A stretch of DNA of 64,000 nt from Candidatus Bathyarchaeia archaeon (GTDB taxonomy: Archaea > Thermoproteota > Bathyarchaeia > Bathyarchaeales > Bathycorpusculaceae): NCBI GenBank assembly GCA_050010755.1, contig JBEKKK010000001.1, forward strand, positions 512,001 to 576,000. Reading direction: 5' to 3'. Below the pieces are notes generated by a model. It was not told the DNA's origin and ran no database searches. It worked only from the letters and a program-made list of their open reading frames with translations. The translations under genes and the position numbers were made by a program. Positions 38,177 through 48,684 of this stretch are shown here, one piece after another (the stretch's first letter is position 1; each line of letters begins with the position of its first letter).

Positions 38177-38935
38177 TTATGAAACGTACATTGGAATGTC
38201 GTATTCTTGGCCCTTCTTCATCTTCGACATTTCCTCTTGGGTTCGTTTCATCACGTCTCGGGCCCTCAGTCGGATTTCCTCGCCTTTCTCCAACAGTTTT
38301 GCGACGTTCACTTTCAATCCGGTTATCTTCGCCAGCTCCTTCAAGACTTCTGCCGCCGCTTCAGGGTCCGGATAGTTGTAGAAGCACTGGGCAAGCAGCG
38401 TTATTGCTGGCGTTCCAGCTTGCGCGGCGCGTTGAAGCAGGACCGCTTGGGGACCAACCATGTATCCTTCTGCGAGAATTTCCAGTCCCTTTTCCTGAGC
38501 TGTCTTCAAAGCCTCGGGAGTCGATGCGGCAGCGAAAGATTTTAGCTCCGTGACGTCTTGTCTGTCTTGGATTGGCATTCCGCTGAGTGAAATCATCATC
38601 TTGACGTTCTTGTTTTTCGCCCAGTCAATCAGCGCGTCCATTATCGGATAGATCATGTCCGTGGGTATCGGCACTTCTGAAATCGCTAAGAGAATGTCCT
38701 GACCTCCGAAGATCCTAATCGAGGAGTGTGGCAATCCTTCGTGCAGAATGATGAGCGGGGGAAGTAGATTGCTGCTCAAGTGAGCTACTTCGGTCAAGCC
38801 CAGCTCGTCGACCAAGTGCGAAGCGGCAATTACTCCTACCAGCCCAACGTCTGGAAAAGCAAAGAGCAACGTAGCTCCAGTCGGTACTTTCTTTGTCTCG
38901 ACAATCTCGACTTCTTCACTCAAATTTACCACCAA
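38177..38935 (-). CDS. Proteasome assembly chaperone PAC2 family
   Basis: FPDVGLVGVIAA, YPDPEAAA, C-terminal MYVS. Confidence 0.88.
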   Translation of the reverse strand: MVVNLSEEVEIVETKKVPTGATLLFAFPDVGLVGVIAASHLVDELGLTEVAHLSSNLLPPLIILHEGLPHSSIRIFGGQDILLAISEVPIPTDMIYPIMDALIDWAKNKNVKMMISLSGMPIQDRQDVTELKSFAAASTPEALKTAQEKGLEILAEGYMVGPQAVLLQRAAQAGTPAITLLAQCFYNYPDPEAAAEVLKELAKITGLKVNVAKLLEKGEEIRLRARDVMKRTQEEMSKMKKGQEYDIPMYVS

Positions 38936-39068
38936 AACTCTCCAGAAGAAGGATGAAGTCTAAAAAGCTTTTCGGAAACAGGTTCTGTTAACTCTTCGGC
39001 GCTTGAAAAAGTTTGTTAACCCTCGGGGCTTTTCATGGTTGTCCTTGTTTTGGGGACGTTTTAGGCGA

Positions 39069-39085
39069 TAGAACATAACGTACTA
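39069..39085 (+). promoter_or_regulatory. TAGAAC-N5-GTACTA operator-like palindrome
   Basis: Same motif as 52093-52109 and 28310-28326. Confidence 0.5.
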
Positions 39086-39193
39086 AGGCGATACTGTTAC
39101 GCTATTTGTGGTAGTTTTGTAGAGCGCACTATGACAAAGGTTACAGTCAGAAACGCTAATACAGCCTGCTTGATACTTCTAACGTGAGGGACG

Positions 39194-39955
39194 ATGAGCG
39201 TCGATATTTCCAAGTTGCACAATGTGCTAAGAGATAGCACCCGAGCAAGGATAATTGAATTGCTCAATGAAAAAGGTTCCTTAAGCTACGTAGAACTTCA
39301 GGAACTGCTCCAAATAGGTCACACGGGCAAACTGAACTACCATCTGAAGGTGCTTGGAGACCTTCTCGTGAAAGATGAACACACAGGACGGTATAGTCTC
39401 GGGGAGAAAGGTACGCTTGCGGTGGCACTGCTGTCCAAGTTTCAAACCGTGACTTCTGTCAAGAATGGCAAAAGTCGAGTGGCAAGATTAACGTCGGTTG
39501 CGCTCACAGCGGCAGTTGTCATTTTGGTTGTGGCTCTCATCGTGGTTATCGCCCCAAAACCAGTTACTCCCACACTTCAAGTGAGTCAAGTCTCTCTAAG
39601 TCCCAGCACGATAAGCCAAAACGGATCAGCGACTCTAAGCTTCACGATTAAGAATAATGACGCAACAAACCCACATCGAGTAAGCGTGTTTTTCGACAAT
39701 TTGTGGAACTTGACTGTGTATCTTGGCAACACGAGTCTGACTACAGCGTCTGGAATCTCATATGGCGATGGCTGTTCAAAAATTCAATTCTATCATATAC
39801 CTCAGCAGCTTCAACCATCTCAGAGTCTAACACAAGATTTCAGAGTGACAGTTACTCTTGTAACTCCAACCACCTATTCAATACCTTTCTACTTCGCTGA
39901 CGAAAACTCGACAAGATTTGTCAACGAGACCGTAACTCTAACTGTGATTAATTAG
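39194..39955 (+). CDS. ArsR-type wHTH - TM - extracellular Ig-like membrane-tethered regulator
   Basis: LRDSTRARIIELL...LNYHLKVL, single TM, Thr/Ser-rich beta-sandwich C-terminus. Confidence 0.8.
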   Translation: MSVDISKLHNVLRDSTRARIIELLNEKGSLSYVELQELLQIGHTGKLNYHLKVLGDLLVKDEHTGRYSLGEKGTLAVALLSKFQTVTSVKNGKSRVARLTSVALTAAVVILVVALIVVIAPKPVTPTLQVSQVSLSPSTISQNGSATLSFTIKNNDATNPHRVSVFFDNLWNLTVYLGNTSLTTASGISYGDGCSKIQFYHIPQQLQPSQSLTQDFRVTVTLVTPTTYSIPFYFADENSTRFVNETVTLTVIN

Positions 39956-40191
39956 AGGAACGTCTCAAACCTCTGTTGTTGACTTGCCTTCTTAATCAGA
40001 GACATCCATTCTGCCTTATCAGTTTCGACGTTGGCTTTTTGTGCAGGAGTCTTTCCTTCAAGTGCGCTGTGTGGCCTGATGAAGTTATAGTAAATTCTTA
40101 GCCCATCCAGCATCGTCTGTGCAGTCTCCATATCATCAAATCCTCGCATGACTTTGTTTCGCTGGCGAATCGTCCCATGTTGTCTTTCCAT
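39952..40191 (-). pseudogene. C-terminal fragment of IS6-like DDE transposase
   Basis: ERQHGTIRQRNKVMRGF...YYNFIRPHSALEGKTPA; 5' part missing, begins right at the IR. Confidence 0.8.
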
Positions 40192-40279
40192 GAAAGCGCC
40201 GAAGAGTTAACAGAAACAACAAGCTTCTGGAAGGGAATAGCTATTAATGGCATGAAGCGATGTAAATCTGGAGAAAAAC

Positions 40280-41614
40280 ATGTCTCTTGAACGTCTTGGT
40301 TCCTCGCTTTACGATGCGATCAGGAAGGTTTTCAGAGCGTCTGTTGTAGATGAGGCTACGGTTAAGGAGCTTGTGCATGATGTTCAGAAGGCTCTGCTTC
40401 AGTCGGATGTTAACGTCAAGCTCGTGCTTGAAATCTCGAAGCGCATTGAAGATAGGGCTCTGAAGGAAAAAGTTCCGCCGGGGATTTCAAGACGTGAGCA
40501 CGTGATAAAAGTCGTGTATGAGGAGCTGACGCGTTTCTTGGGAGAGAAACCGGCTCTGATAAAGATGGAGCCGGGTAAGAGAAAAATAATAATGCTCGTC
40601 GGCATCCAGGGCTCCGGAAAGACGACCGCGGCTGCCAAACTCTCCAGATACTTTCAGAAGAGGGGCATGAAGCCCGCCTTGATTTGTGCTGACACTTTTC
40701 GCCCTGGTGCCTACGCTCAGCTTCAGCAACTCGCTGCCAGAATCAACGTACCCCTGTTTGGAGATCCGAAGGCGAAAGATCCCGTCAAGGTTGTTGCCGA
40801 AGGGTTGAAACAGTTCGGCGACAAGGACTTGATCATCGTCGACACTTCCGGTCGGCACAAAGAGGAGCAGGAACTCATCAAAGAGATGAAGACGCTTGAG
40901 AGAAACATCAAGCCCGACGAGGTCATGCTCGTTATCGATGGAACGATCGGCCAGCAAGCGTTTGTTCAGGCTAAAGCCTTCAACGAGGCCACGCCCATTG
41001 GGTCGATACTCGTCACTAAACTCGACGGGTCGGCGAGGGGGGGCGGCGCTCTCTCCGCGGTGGCGGGCACGGGTGCGCCCATAAAGTTCATCGGCACCGG
41101 AGAAAAAACCGAGGACGTGGAGGCTTTTGTTCCCTCGCGTTTCGTAGGCCGCCTGCTGGGAATGGGCGATCTGGAAACCCTGCTGGACAAGGTGCGTGAG
41201 GCCGAGGTAACAGTTCCGGAAAAGAAGGCCAAGGCTATCATGAGCGGCAAATTCACGCTGACAGACATGTACGAACAGTTCGAAGCAATGAAGGGAATGG
41301 GCACCTTCAAGAAACTTATGAACCTGATCCCCGGAATGTCTTACAAAATTCCCGACGAGATGATGAACACGGCCGAAGGTCGCATGGAGAAGTGGCGGAC
41401 GATGATTCAATCCATGACGGTTAGTGAGAAGGAGAACCCGAAAATCTTCAACTCTTCAAGGATGAAACGCGTAGCCAGGGGTTCCGGCACGAGCGAGAAA
41501 GAAGTGAAGGAGCTTCTCAAACAGTACGTGACGATGCGACGCATGCTGAAGACGATGCGTAGGCAAAAGAAATTTCCCTTCTTCGGAAAAAATCTGCCCA
41601 CAGATCTCAAGTGA
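40280..41614 (+). CDS. ffh: Signal recognition particle protein SRP54
   Basis: GIQGSGKTT, DTSGRH, TKLDGSARGG, Met-rich M domain. Confidence 0.97.
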   Translation: MSLERLGSSLYDAIRKVFRASVVDEATVKELVHDVQKALLQSDVNVKLVLEISKRIEDRALKEKVPPGISRREHVIKVVYEELTRFLGEKPALIKMEPGKRKIIMLVGIQGSGKTTAAAKLSRYFQKRGMKPALICADTFRPGAYAQLQQLAARINVPLFGDPKAKDPVKVVAEGLKQFGDKDLIIVDTSGRHKEEQELIKEMKTLERNIKPDEVMLVIDGTIGQQAFVQAKAFNEATPIGSILVTKLDGSARGGGALSAVAGTGAPIKFIGTGEKTEDVEAFVPSRFVGRLLGMGDLETLLDKVREAEVTVPEKKAKAIMSGKFTLTDMYEQFEAMKGMGTFKKLMNLIPGMSYKIPDEMMNTAEGRMEKWRTMIQSMTVSEKENPKIFNSSRMKRVARGSGTSEKEVKELLKQYVTMRRMLKTMRRQKKFPFFGKNLPTDLK

Positions 41615-41643
41615 CAGCGCTAGACTCTCGGAAGGCGTGCTGA

Positions 41644-42978
41644 ATGACCATTTTGCAAGAAGCCCAGAGAATGCTTGGAAAATACCCCCTCTGTGACAGT
41701 TGTCTGGGTCGCCAATTCGCCCTGTTGGGCCACGGCGTTGAGAACGAGGAGAGGGGAAGGGCGATAAAACTGGCTTTGACGCTTGAGGCTCATGCTTCGG
41801 CGCTTTCAGAAAGCAAACAGGGCGTTAAAACCCTCAAAGTCTTGGCGACAAACGGCTTTTCAAAAGTTGCAAGTGAAATACTCAACAGATTGGGAGAGCA
41901 CGTTAAGGGGGAAGATTACCCGGAAACCTGCTTCTTGTGCGAGGGGAAGCTTGATGCTCGCAGTGATTTGGCGAATAAGGCACTTGCGCTTTTCAGCGAG
42001 TTCGAGTACAGCAATTTCCTCGTGGGGGTGGAACTGCCGCTTGCCGTTGGCGAACGTGAAGATGAGTTTAGGGCGGAGTTCGGAGTTAGCCAAGGTGAGA
42101 GTCTTCGAAAAGAGTTCGCGAGGACTGTCGGGAAGAGAGTTGCAGAGCGAAGCGGGAAAGAGGTGGACTTCAAAAAGCCGGATATAGTCGCGGTCATCAA
42201 GCCCTTCTCTGGTCTTGTGAGACTTCAGGTCAATCCTCTCTTCATAGCAGGAAGGTACAGAAAACTCGTCCGGAGCATTCCACAATCGAAGTGGTTCTGT
42301 TCCGAGTGCTGGGGGAAAGGATGCAAGAAGTGTAACTATACTGGGAAAATGTACCCAGAGTCGGTGCAGGAAATAGTTGAGAAGCCACTCTTGGAAGCAA
42401 CGGGCGGCTCGGACGGTTCGTTTCACGCCTCAGGAAGAGAGGACATCGACGCTCGTATGCTGGGTAATGGCAGGCCTTTCGTGATTGAAATCGCGGCTCC
42501 GAAGAAGCGTTTCCTGGACCTTGGAAAGATAGAAGAAGCGGTGAACGCGAATGGTGCAAACAAGGTCGAAGTTTCCGGTCTGAGGTTTGCGAACAGGGAT
42601 GTCGTCAGGAAGCTGAAGGCTGGTGAGTCTAAGCAGAAAGAGTATCGTGTGTTCATCGAATTTGAAAATAAAATCACGGCCAAGGACATGCGCTTCTTGG
42701 AGGAGAACCTTACAAACATTATGATTAAACAGAATACTCCTGTTCGTGTTTTGCACAGACGCGCCGATCTGACGCGGGAAAAGTACATATACGACGTGGG
42801 CGTTAAGAAACTGTCGCCAAAAAAGGCCGAAATGAGATTACGATGCCAAGGAGGGCTTTACGTTAAAGAGCTGGTTACTGGAGATGAGGGACGAACGGTT
42901 CCCAGTGTTTCAGAACTTCTCAAGAACAAAGCGAAGCCCATGGACCTTGATGTTTTAAACATAATTATGGAAGACTAG
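41644..42978 (+). CDS. pus10: tRNA pseudouridine(54/55) synthase Pus10
   Basis: LCDSCLGRQF, GRYRKL, FHASGREDIDARMLGNGRPF, GGLYVKEL. Confidence 0.95.
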   Translation: MTILQEAQRMLGKYPLCDSCLGRQFALLGHGVENEERGRAIKLALTLEAHASALSESKQGVKTLKVLATNGFSKVASEILNRLGEHVKGEDYPETCFLCEGKLDARSDLANKALALFSEFEYSNFLVGVELPLAVGEREDEFRAEFGVSQGESLRKEFARTVGKRVAERSGKEVDFKKPDIVAVIKPFSGLVRLQVNPLFIAGRYRKLVRSIPQSKWFCSECWGKGCKKCNYTGKMYPESVQEIVEKPLLEATGGSDGSFHASGREDIDARMLGNGRPFVIEIAAPKKRFLDLGKIEEAVNANGANKVEVSGLRFANRDVVRKLKAGESKQKEYRVFIEFENKITAKDMRFLEENLTNIMIKQNTPVRVLHRRADLTREKYIYDVGVKKLSPKKAEMRLRCQGGLYVKELVTGDEGRTVPSVSELLKNKAKPMDLDVLNIIMED

Positions 42979-42991
42979 GAGAAGTGTAAGA

Positions 42992-43288
42992 ATGAGAAAG
43001 TCGAAGGGTTATCGTTCAAGTGCACGCCGCCTCTTGACAAAGGGAACCAGAGAGCATGGGAAACTGAGGCTGAGCAAGCTGCTTCAACAGTATCAGCCTG
43101 GAGCAAATGTTGTCGTCAAGATAGATTCCAGCGTTCACAAAGGCATGCCCCATAGGCGTTACCACGGCAAGGTTGGCATTGTTCTCAACAAGCGGGGACG
43201 CAGTTATGTGGTAAGTGTTACCCAAGGAGATGCCATCAGAGAGATCATCGTCAGACCTGAACATTTGGAACCTTGGAAGAGTGATTAG
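42992..43288 (+). CDS. rpl21e: 50S ribosomal protein L21e
   Basis: SKGYR, KGMPHRRYHGKVG, RPEHL. Confidence 0.96.
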   Translation: MRKSKGYRSSARRLLTKGTREHGKLRLSKLLQQYQPGANVVVKIDSSVHKGMPHRRYHGKVGIVLNKRGRSYVVSVTQGDAIREIIVRPEHLEPWKSD

Positions 43289-43289
43289 A

Positions 43290-43628
43290 ATGTCAGAGAA
43301 GAGCACGACCGAAAAGAAGCTGAGTCTCCCCCAGGTTAAGAGTCTGATGGATTCTATAGGTGAAGCAAACCTTGATCAGCTACAGCGCCGCACGTTCGAT
43401 TACGTGTCGAAGTTTTCAAAGACCGACCCAGAGTCTGCAGAAAAAATGATTGGAAAACTAGTTGCAGATTACGGACTGGACGAGGTAGAGGCAGTGCAGG
43501 TAATCAACTGCATGCCGAAAAGCGTCGAAGAGTTAAGAGTGTTCCTGGCCGGCGGGCGAAAGATCATCGAAACGGCTAAACTGGAATCAATAGTAAACAT
43601 GCTGGATGAAAATAGAAAATTGAAATAG
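43290..43628 (+). CDS. rpo4: RNA polymerase subunit Rpo4 (RpoF)
   Basis: YVSKFSK, INCMPKSVEELR; conserved position after rpl21e. Confidence 0.9.
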   Translation: MSEKSTTEKKLSLPQVKSLMDSIGEANLDQLQRRTFDYVSKFSKTDPESAEKMIGKLVADYGLDEVEAVQVINCMPKSVEELRVFLAGGRKIIETAKLESIVNMLDENRKLK

Positions 43629-43679
43629 GCAGGGCGATGCCAACTATTTTAAGCAATAAGAGACTAAATAGAGGAAATT

Positions 43680-44255
43680 ATGACGATGATGGAGAAGCGG
43701 TACGAAGAGTACGCTCGTATCCTGGACTTTCTGCAGCACGGCCGACCAGGAGTTCACGTCTCAGGACGAGCCGGCTACCGAGCGGGAGCTCTCGTTCAGC
43801 TGCTGGGTGAAGAATTCTTCACTCTCCTGGAGGCATTGGTCAAAGAAGGCGTGATACTCAAGCCTCATGATCGTGTTTTCGTCGGCAAAGAGGCCCGCGA
43901 AGAAATAACGTACATCATCGGCCGAATAAGTTACGAAGAGTTGACGGCAGCGGCCAAGACGGAGCTTCCAACGGTTATCAACGAGGTCGTGCTGAACCGT
44001 GAAAAGTGGTTCGTCCAATTCTTCAACACCGCACGGGCTATCACGCCTAGGATGCACGCTCTGGAGCTGATTCCGGGAATTGGAAAAAAATACATGTGGC
44101 AGGTAATCAATGAGCGCGAGAAGAAACCCTTCGTGAGTTTTGAAGACTTACAGAAACGCACGGAACTGCCTAATCCGGTCAAACTGATTACGAAGAGAGT
44201 CATGGAAGAGCTGGGCGGCGACAGCAAGTATCGGTTATTCACGAGGGCACAATAG
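43680..44255 (+). CDS. DUF655 family putative RNA-binding protein
   Basis: GEEFFTLLE, FFNTARAITPRMHALELIPGIGKK. Confidence 0.9.
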   Translation: MTMMEKRYEEYARILDFLQHGRPGVHVSGRAGYRAGALVQLLGEEFFTLLEALVKEGVILKPHDRVFVGKEAREEITYIIGRISYEELTAAAKTELPTVINEVVLNREKWFVQFFNTARAITPRMHALELIPGIGKKYMWQVINEREKKPFVSFEDLQKRTELPNPVKLITKRVMEELGGDSKYRLFTRAQ

Positions 44256-44280
44256 CCAATCCAAAGTTCAAGCGGGTAGA

Positions 44281-45099
44281 ATGAGCCTCCTAGAAGAAAC
44301 GAAGTCTCAGCTTCGAAGCCATCGAATCGGGCCGAACAAGAGTCTGGGCCAAAACTTCATGGTTGAATCGCAAGTTTTTCAAAAAATGGCTCATTATGCG
44401 CAAGTTGGTTGTGAAGACACGGTGCTGGAGATAGGCGCCGGGCTCGGTTTCTTGACCCGTTTCCTGAGCGAAAAATGCAAGATGGTTCTTGCAGTTGAAT
44501 TCGACCCGAGGCTTGTCAGCATTTTGCGTGAACAACTTAGCAGCGCAACCAACGTGAACATAATCGAAGGCAACGTCCTGAAGGTCAACGTTCCAGCATT
44601 CAACAAAATCGTTTCAATCCCTCCGTATCAAATCTCGTCCCGTCTGCTCACTTGGCTATTCAAAAAGGACTTCGACCGCGCAGTCTTGATTTTTCAAAAG
44701 GAATTTGCGGATCGTCTCACGGCAACCGTTGGAAGCGAAGACTACGGATGGCTGACGGTTTTCACGCATTACAATGCAAAGGTTGAACTCCTAGACGAGA
44801 TTCCAAAATCCATGTTCTACCCACGTCCGAAAATAGACTCAAGGATAATGTGCCTGAAGCCGAAGAAGCCAAAGGTCGCCCTGACAGGCGATGCATCCTT
44901 TCAACGCCTTCTCCAAGTTCTTTTCACGCGCCGCAATAGAACAATTAGAAATGCGGCTGTGACATACCTGAAACACAAACGCGGTATAACAAAACAGGAC
45001 GTAGCCAAAATTGCTGATTCACTACCTCTAGGAGACAAGCGCGTGCGAGAACTTGCGCCAGAAGATTTCGGAGCAATTGCCAATGCGATTCTCAAGTAG
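44281..45099 (+). CDS. ksgA: 16S rRNA dimethyladenosine transferase KsgA/Dim1
   Basis: LGQNF, LEIGAGLG, SIPPYQIS, FYPRPKIDS. Confidence 0.93.
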   Translation: MSLLEETKSQLRSHRIGPNKSLGQNFMVESQVFQKMAHYAQVGCEDTVLEIGAGLGFLTRFLSEKCKMVLAVEFDPRLVSILREQLSSATNVNIIEGNVLKVNVPAFNKIVSIPPYQISSRLLTWLFKKDFDRAVLIFQKEFADRLTATVGSEDYGWLTVFTHYNAKVELLDEIPKSMFYPRPKIDSRIMCLKPKKPKVALTGDASFQRLLQVLFTRRNRTIRNAAVTYLKHKRGITKQDVAKIADSLPLGDKRVRELAPEDFGAIANAILK

Positions 45100-45697
45100 G
45101 GTGGTCTTCGCTGATCATGTTTTCGACATCTCGGAAAATGTCTATGAACCAGCGGAAGACTCTTTTCTCTTCGCTGAAAACCTCAACGTCAGACGTGGCT
45201 GCAAGGTCCTTGACATGGGAACTGGCTGCGGCATTTTGGCCGTGATCGCGGCGAAAAAGGCAGGCCAGGTTGTGGCGACAGATGTAAATCCCTATGCTGT
45301 CAAATGTGCAAAAAACAACGCGGAGATTAACAGTGTTGGCGACCGCATTTTTCTGGTCCAAGGAGATCTGTTTGCGCCACTTAGAATCATAAAGGAATTC
45401 GATCTTATCGTGTTCAACGCTCCCTACCTTCCCTCGCAAAAGAATGAAAAGGACTCTTGGATAGGGTGGGCTTGGGCTGGCGGCTCTTCTGGAAGAAACG
45501 TGATTGACAGGTTCATCTGTGAGGCTCCAAAACATCTTAGGTCCAACGGAGAAATCTTGTTGATGCAATCAACGCTCTCTGACGTGAAGCAGACCCTTCG
45601 CAACCTCGAGTATAGCGGGCTGGAGGCAAACGTTATTGCAAAGCAGGATCTTCCATTCTTTGAGTCAATAGCCCTCATCAGAGGAGTGACCAGATAG
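45083..45697 (+). CDS. HemK2/PrmC-like methyltransferase
   Basis: VYEPAEDS, LDMGTGCG, FNAPY (NPPY variant), WAGG. Confidence 0.9.
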   Translation: MRFSSRVVFADHVFDISENVYEPAEDSFLFAENLNVRRGCKVLDMGTGCGILAVIAAKKAGQVVATDVNPYAVKCAKNNAEINSVGDRIFLVQGDLFAPLRIIKEFDLIVFNAPYLPSQKNEKDSWIGWAWAGGSSGRNVIDRFICEAPKHLRSNGEILLMQSTLSDVKQTLRNLEYSGLEANVIAKQDLPFFESIALIRGVTR

Positions 45698-45967
45698 TAG
45701 CCTGTGTGCTCCTGAAGCCGTGGCGACGATAGTAACCGTAGCACTCGATGTTGGTATACGCCCCAAGGTCAATCCATCGTTCGACGTTGCCGCCGCTTAA
45801 TCGCTTGACTTGGCGTTTGCATTACTGTTCACGTCGATAACCTTTGATTAACTGAAGACTGCAAAGTGGATAACAACCAAGAGACGCAAAAAACAGGTTA
45901 GAAAGACTTAAATTTGAAACAAGGTGAAAAGACCGTCTATCTCTGAAGATTAAAGGGTTGAAGAGAA

Positions 45968-46546
45968 ATGAGCGAAAAACTGGCAAATCCTGCATCGCTT
46001 GGACTGATCGCTTTCGGACTGACAACAGTTCTGCTGAATATTAGTAACGCTGGTTACTTCGGCATAAACAGTATGATCGTGGCAATTGGTTTGGCATACG
46101 GTGGGCTCGCACAGATCATAGTGGGCGCAATGGAGTTCAAGAGAGGCAACACGTTTGGCTTGGTCGCATTCTCATCCTATGGTTTCTTCTGGTGGTCTTT
46201 CGTCGGTTTGTTAGTGTTGCCCCATCTGACAGGGATTGGTTCCGCTCTCATTGAACCTCAATCAGTCGCAGCGTATCTGTTCATGTGGGGAGTGTTCACC
46301 TTCCTCATGTTCTTTGGAACTCTGAAAACAAACCGGGTGTTACAATTTGTGTTCATGAGCTTGGCGATACTCTTCTTCCTCTTGACCGCATATTGGCAGA
46401 GCGGGGCTACGAATGCAGACTTCATCAAGATAACGGGCTATGAAGGAATAATCTGCGGGATGAGTGCGGCTTATCTCGGCTTGGCTGAAGTGATAAACGA
46501 AGCTAACGGGAAAACCATCCTCCCAATATGGCCAATCACAAAATAG
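45968..46546 (+). CDS. Acetate uptake transporter SatP/GPR1/FUN34/YaaH family
   Basis: [26 protein letters not shown]; upstream of acs. Confidence 0.93.
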   Translation: MSEKLANPASLGLIAFGLTTVLLNISNAGYFGINSMIVAIGLAYGGLAQIIVGAMEFKRGNTFGLVAFSSYGFFWWSFVGLLVLPHLTGIGSALIEPQSVAAYLFMWGVFTFLMFFGTLKTNRVLQFVFMSLAILFFLLTAYWQSGATNADFIKITGYEGIICGMSAAYLGLAEVINEANGKTILPIWPITK

Positions 46547-46633
46547 AAGCCCTCACTCCTTTTTTGTTTTCCACCTAAAAACGTTTATATTTTTGAAAGG
46601 ACGTTTGTCCACAAACTTACGGATGGATAGAAA

Positions 46634-48589
46634 ATGTCAGAATCAAGTTTACCTTTCAATGACAGAGTGGTTCCAGCAAACGTGATTCCATCGAACAGGT
46701 TGAAAGAAGAATGGGAGAAATCGATAAAGAACCCGCAGGAGTTTTGGGCTGAAAAGGCAAAGGCAATAGATTGGTTCAAGACTTGGGACAAGGTTCTTGA
46801 CGATTCCAACAGACCCTTCTACAAGTGGTTTTCGGGCGGCCTTCTGAACATATGTTATAACGCGCTTGACAGGCACCTGAACACGCCCAAAAAGAACATG
46901 CTGGCCTATATTTGGGAAGGAGAAAACGGAGAAGTCCGAACCTACACGTTCTATCAACTTTACCGCGAGGTAAACAAACTCGCAAAAATCATGAAAGACC
47001 TGGGGCTCAATAAGGGTGACAGAGTTGCCGTTTATCTTCCCATGATTCCGGAGCTTCCAATCACCCTGCTTGCGTGTTCACGAATAGGCGCAGTTCACAC
47101 GGTGGTCTTCTCCGGCTTCAGCGCAGAGGCTCTCGCGGACAGGATAAACGATTCTGGAGCGAAGTTGGTCGTGACCGCCGACGGTGCCTACCGACGTGGA
47201 AAAACTGTGATGCTGAAAGACACTGCTGACCGCGCTTTGCAGAGCACACCGAACGTTGAGAAAGTAATAATAGTCAAGAGAACTGGGCAGGAAGTTTCGA
47301 TGAAAGAAGGGCGCGACGTCTGGTATTCTGAAGCGATGGACAAAGTGGAACCAAATATCTACGTTGCCCCTGAACAAATGGAATCGACGGAACCCCTTTT
47401 CATACTCTACACTTCTGGAACAACAGGCAAACCAAAGGGAATCCAGCACGGTACGGGCGGCTACCTAGTCTGGGCTTACTGGACGCTCAAGTGGGGTTTC
47501 AACCCGGACGAAAGGGACATATGGTGGTGCACCGCCGACGTAGGCTGGATCACTGGTCACACCTACAACGTTTATGCTCCCTTAGCTTTGGGAGTGACAT
47601 CATTGATTTTTGAGGGCACGCCCGATTATCCTGCTCAGGATCGCTGGTGGAGTATGATCGAAAGACATGGAGTGACAATACTATACACCACGCCGACGGC
47701 GATCAGAATGTTCATGAAGTTCGGCGAACAATGGATAACAAAACATGATCTGAGCTCGCTCAGGCTCTTAGGAACAGTCGGTGAACCCATAAACCCTGAG
47801 GCTTGGCGATGGTACTACCGCGTCATGGGCAAGGAGAAACTTCCAATCATAGACACCTGGTGGCAGACTGAAACTGGAGGTTTCATGATAGCTCCATTGT
47901 CAGGTCTGGAACTCGTGCCGCTGAAACCAGGATCAGCGACGAAACCCCTGCCGAGCATTGACGCAGAAGTCTACGATGAAAAAGGAAATCCCACGCCGAC
48001 GGGAACCAAGGGTTTCCTAGTTGTTAAAACTCCGTGGCCTGGGATGCTGGAAACAATATGGAAAGACCCTGACAGGTATCAGCAAACATACTTCGGAAGA
48101 TGGCCAAACATCTACTACACCGGAGACTATGCAGTAAAGGATCCTGACGGCTACTTCTGGCTACTCGGAAGAGCAGACGAAGTGTTGAAAGTGGCCGGAC
48201 ACAGAATAGGCACGGTGGAGCTTGAAAGCGCGCTAGTATCGCACCCAGCCGTTTCAGAAGCGGCGGTCATGGGTAAAGAAGATGCACTCAAAGGCGAGGT
48301 TCCTGTCGCCTTCGTCACCCTGAGAAGCGGGTTCTCACCCTCGGATGAGCTGCGCGCAGATCTCGTGAAACACATAAGAAACACAATAGGCCCAATCGCA
48401 ACGCCAGACGCAATCGTAATCGTAAGCAGACTTCCCAAAACACGCAGCGGAAAAATAATGAGAAGACTCTTGAAAGCAGTGCTAGCCGGCCAAGCCCTAG
48501 GCGACGTCTCAACACTAGAAGACGAGGCTTCAATCGACGAGATCAAAGCAACCTACGACGAAATGCAAAAACAGCTCGAAAAGAAGTAG
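46634..48589 (+). CDS. acs: Acetyl-CoA synthetase (AMP-forming)
   Basis: YTSGTTGKPKG, DTWWQTETGG, PKTRSGKIMRR. Confidence 0.96.
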   Translation: MSESSLPFNDRVVPANVIPSNRLKEEWEKSIKNPQEFWAEKAKAIDWFKTWDKVLDDSNRPFYKWFSGGLLNICYNALDRHLNTPKKNMLAYIWEGENGEVRTYTFYQLYREVNKLAKIMKDLGLNKGDRVAVYLPMIPELPITLLACSRIGAVHTVVFSGFSAEALADRINDSGAKLVVTADGAYRRGKTVMLKDTADRALQSTPNVEKVIIVKRTGQEVSMKEGRDVWYSEAMDKVEPNIYVAPEQMESTEPLFILYTSGTTGKPKGIQHGTGGYLVWAYWTLKWGFNPDERDIWWCTADVGWITGHTYNVYAPLALGVTSLIFEGTPDYPAQDRWWSMIERHGVTILYTTPTAIRMFMKFGEQWITKHDLSSLRLLGTVGEPINPEAWRWYYRVMGKEKLPIIDTWWQTETGGFMIAPLSGLELVPLKPGSATKPLPSIDAEVYDEKGNPTPTGTKGFLVVKTPWPGMLETIWKDPDRYQQTYFGRWPNIYYTGDYAVKDPDGYFWLLGRADEVLKVAGHRIGTVELESALVSHPAVSEAAVMGKEDALKGEVPVAFVTLRSGFSPSDELRADLVKHIRNTIGPIATPDAIVIVSRLPKTRSGKIMRRLLKAVLAGQALGDVSTLEDEASIDEIKATYDEMQKQLEKK

Positions 48590-48684
48590 AATCAACCCCA
48601 CTTCTTCTTCATTCGGCGCGATGCCCGTGCAGCTTTTCAAAATAGGGGCGAAGTCAGTCCGTCGATCGCACTTATTGTAAGGCC

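Larger units (their letters stand above)
38981..40217. mobile_element. Non-autonomous IS6-like element with passenger gene
   Basis: Perfect 22-bp inverted repeats TTCTGTTAACTCTTCGGCGCTT 38983-39004 and 40194-40215; left end GGTTCTGTT resembles IS6-family IRs; AACA on both flanks; contains transposase remnant. Confidence 0.8.

Noticed and set aside
40487-41410. 307-aa antisense ORF and similar long antisense ORFs elsewhere
   Set aside because: Shadows of well-supported genes caused by codon bias
45698-45900. Possible ncRNA after hemK2, with a 9-nt match to the 16S 3' region
   Set aside because: No box motifs; match length expected by chance
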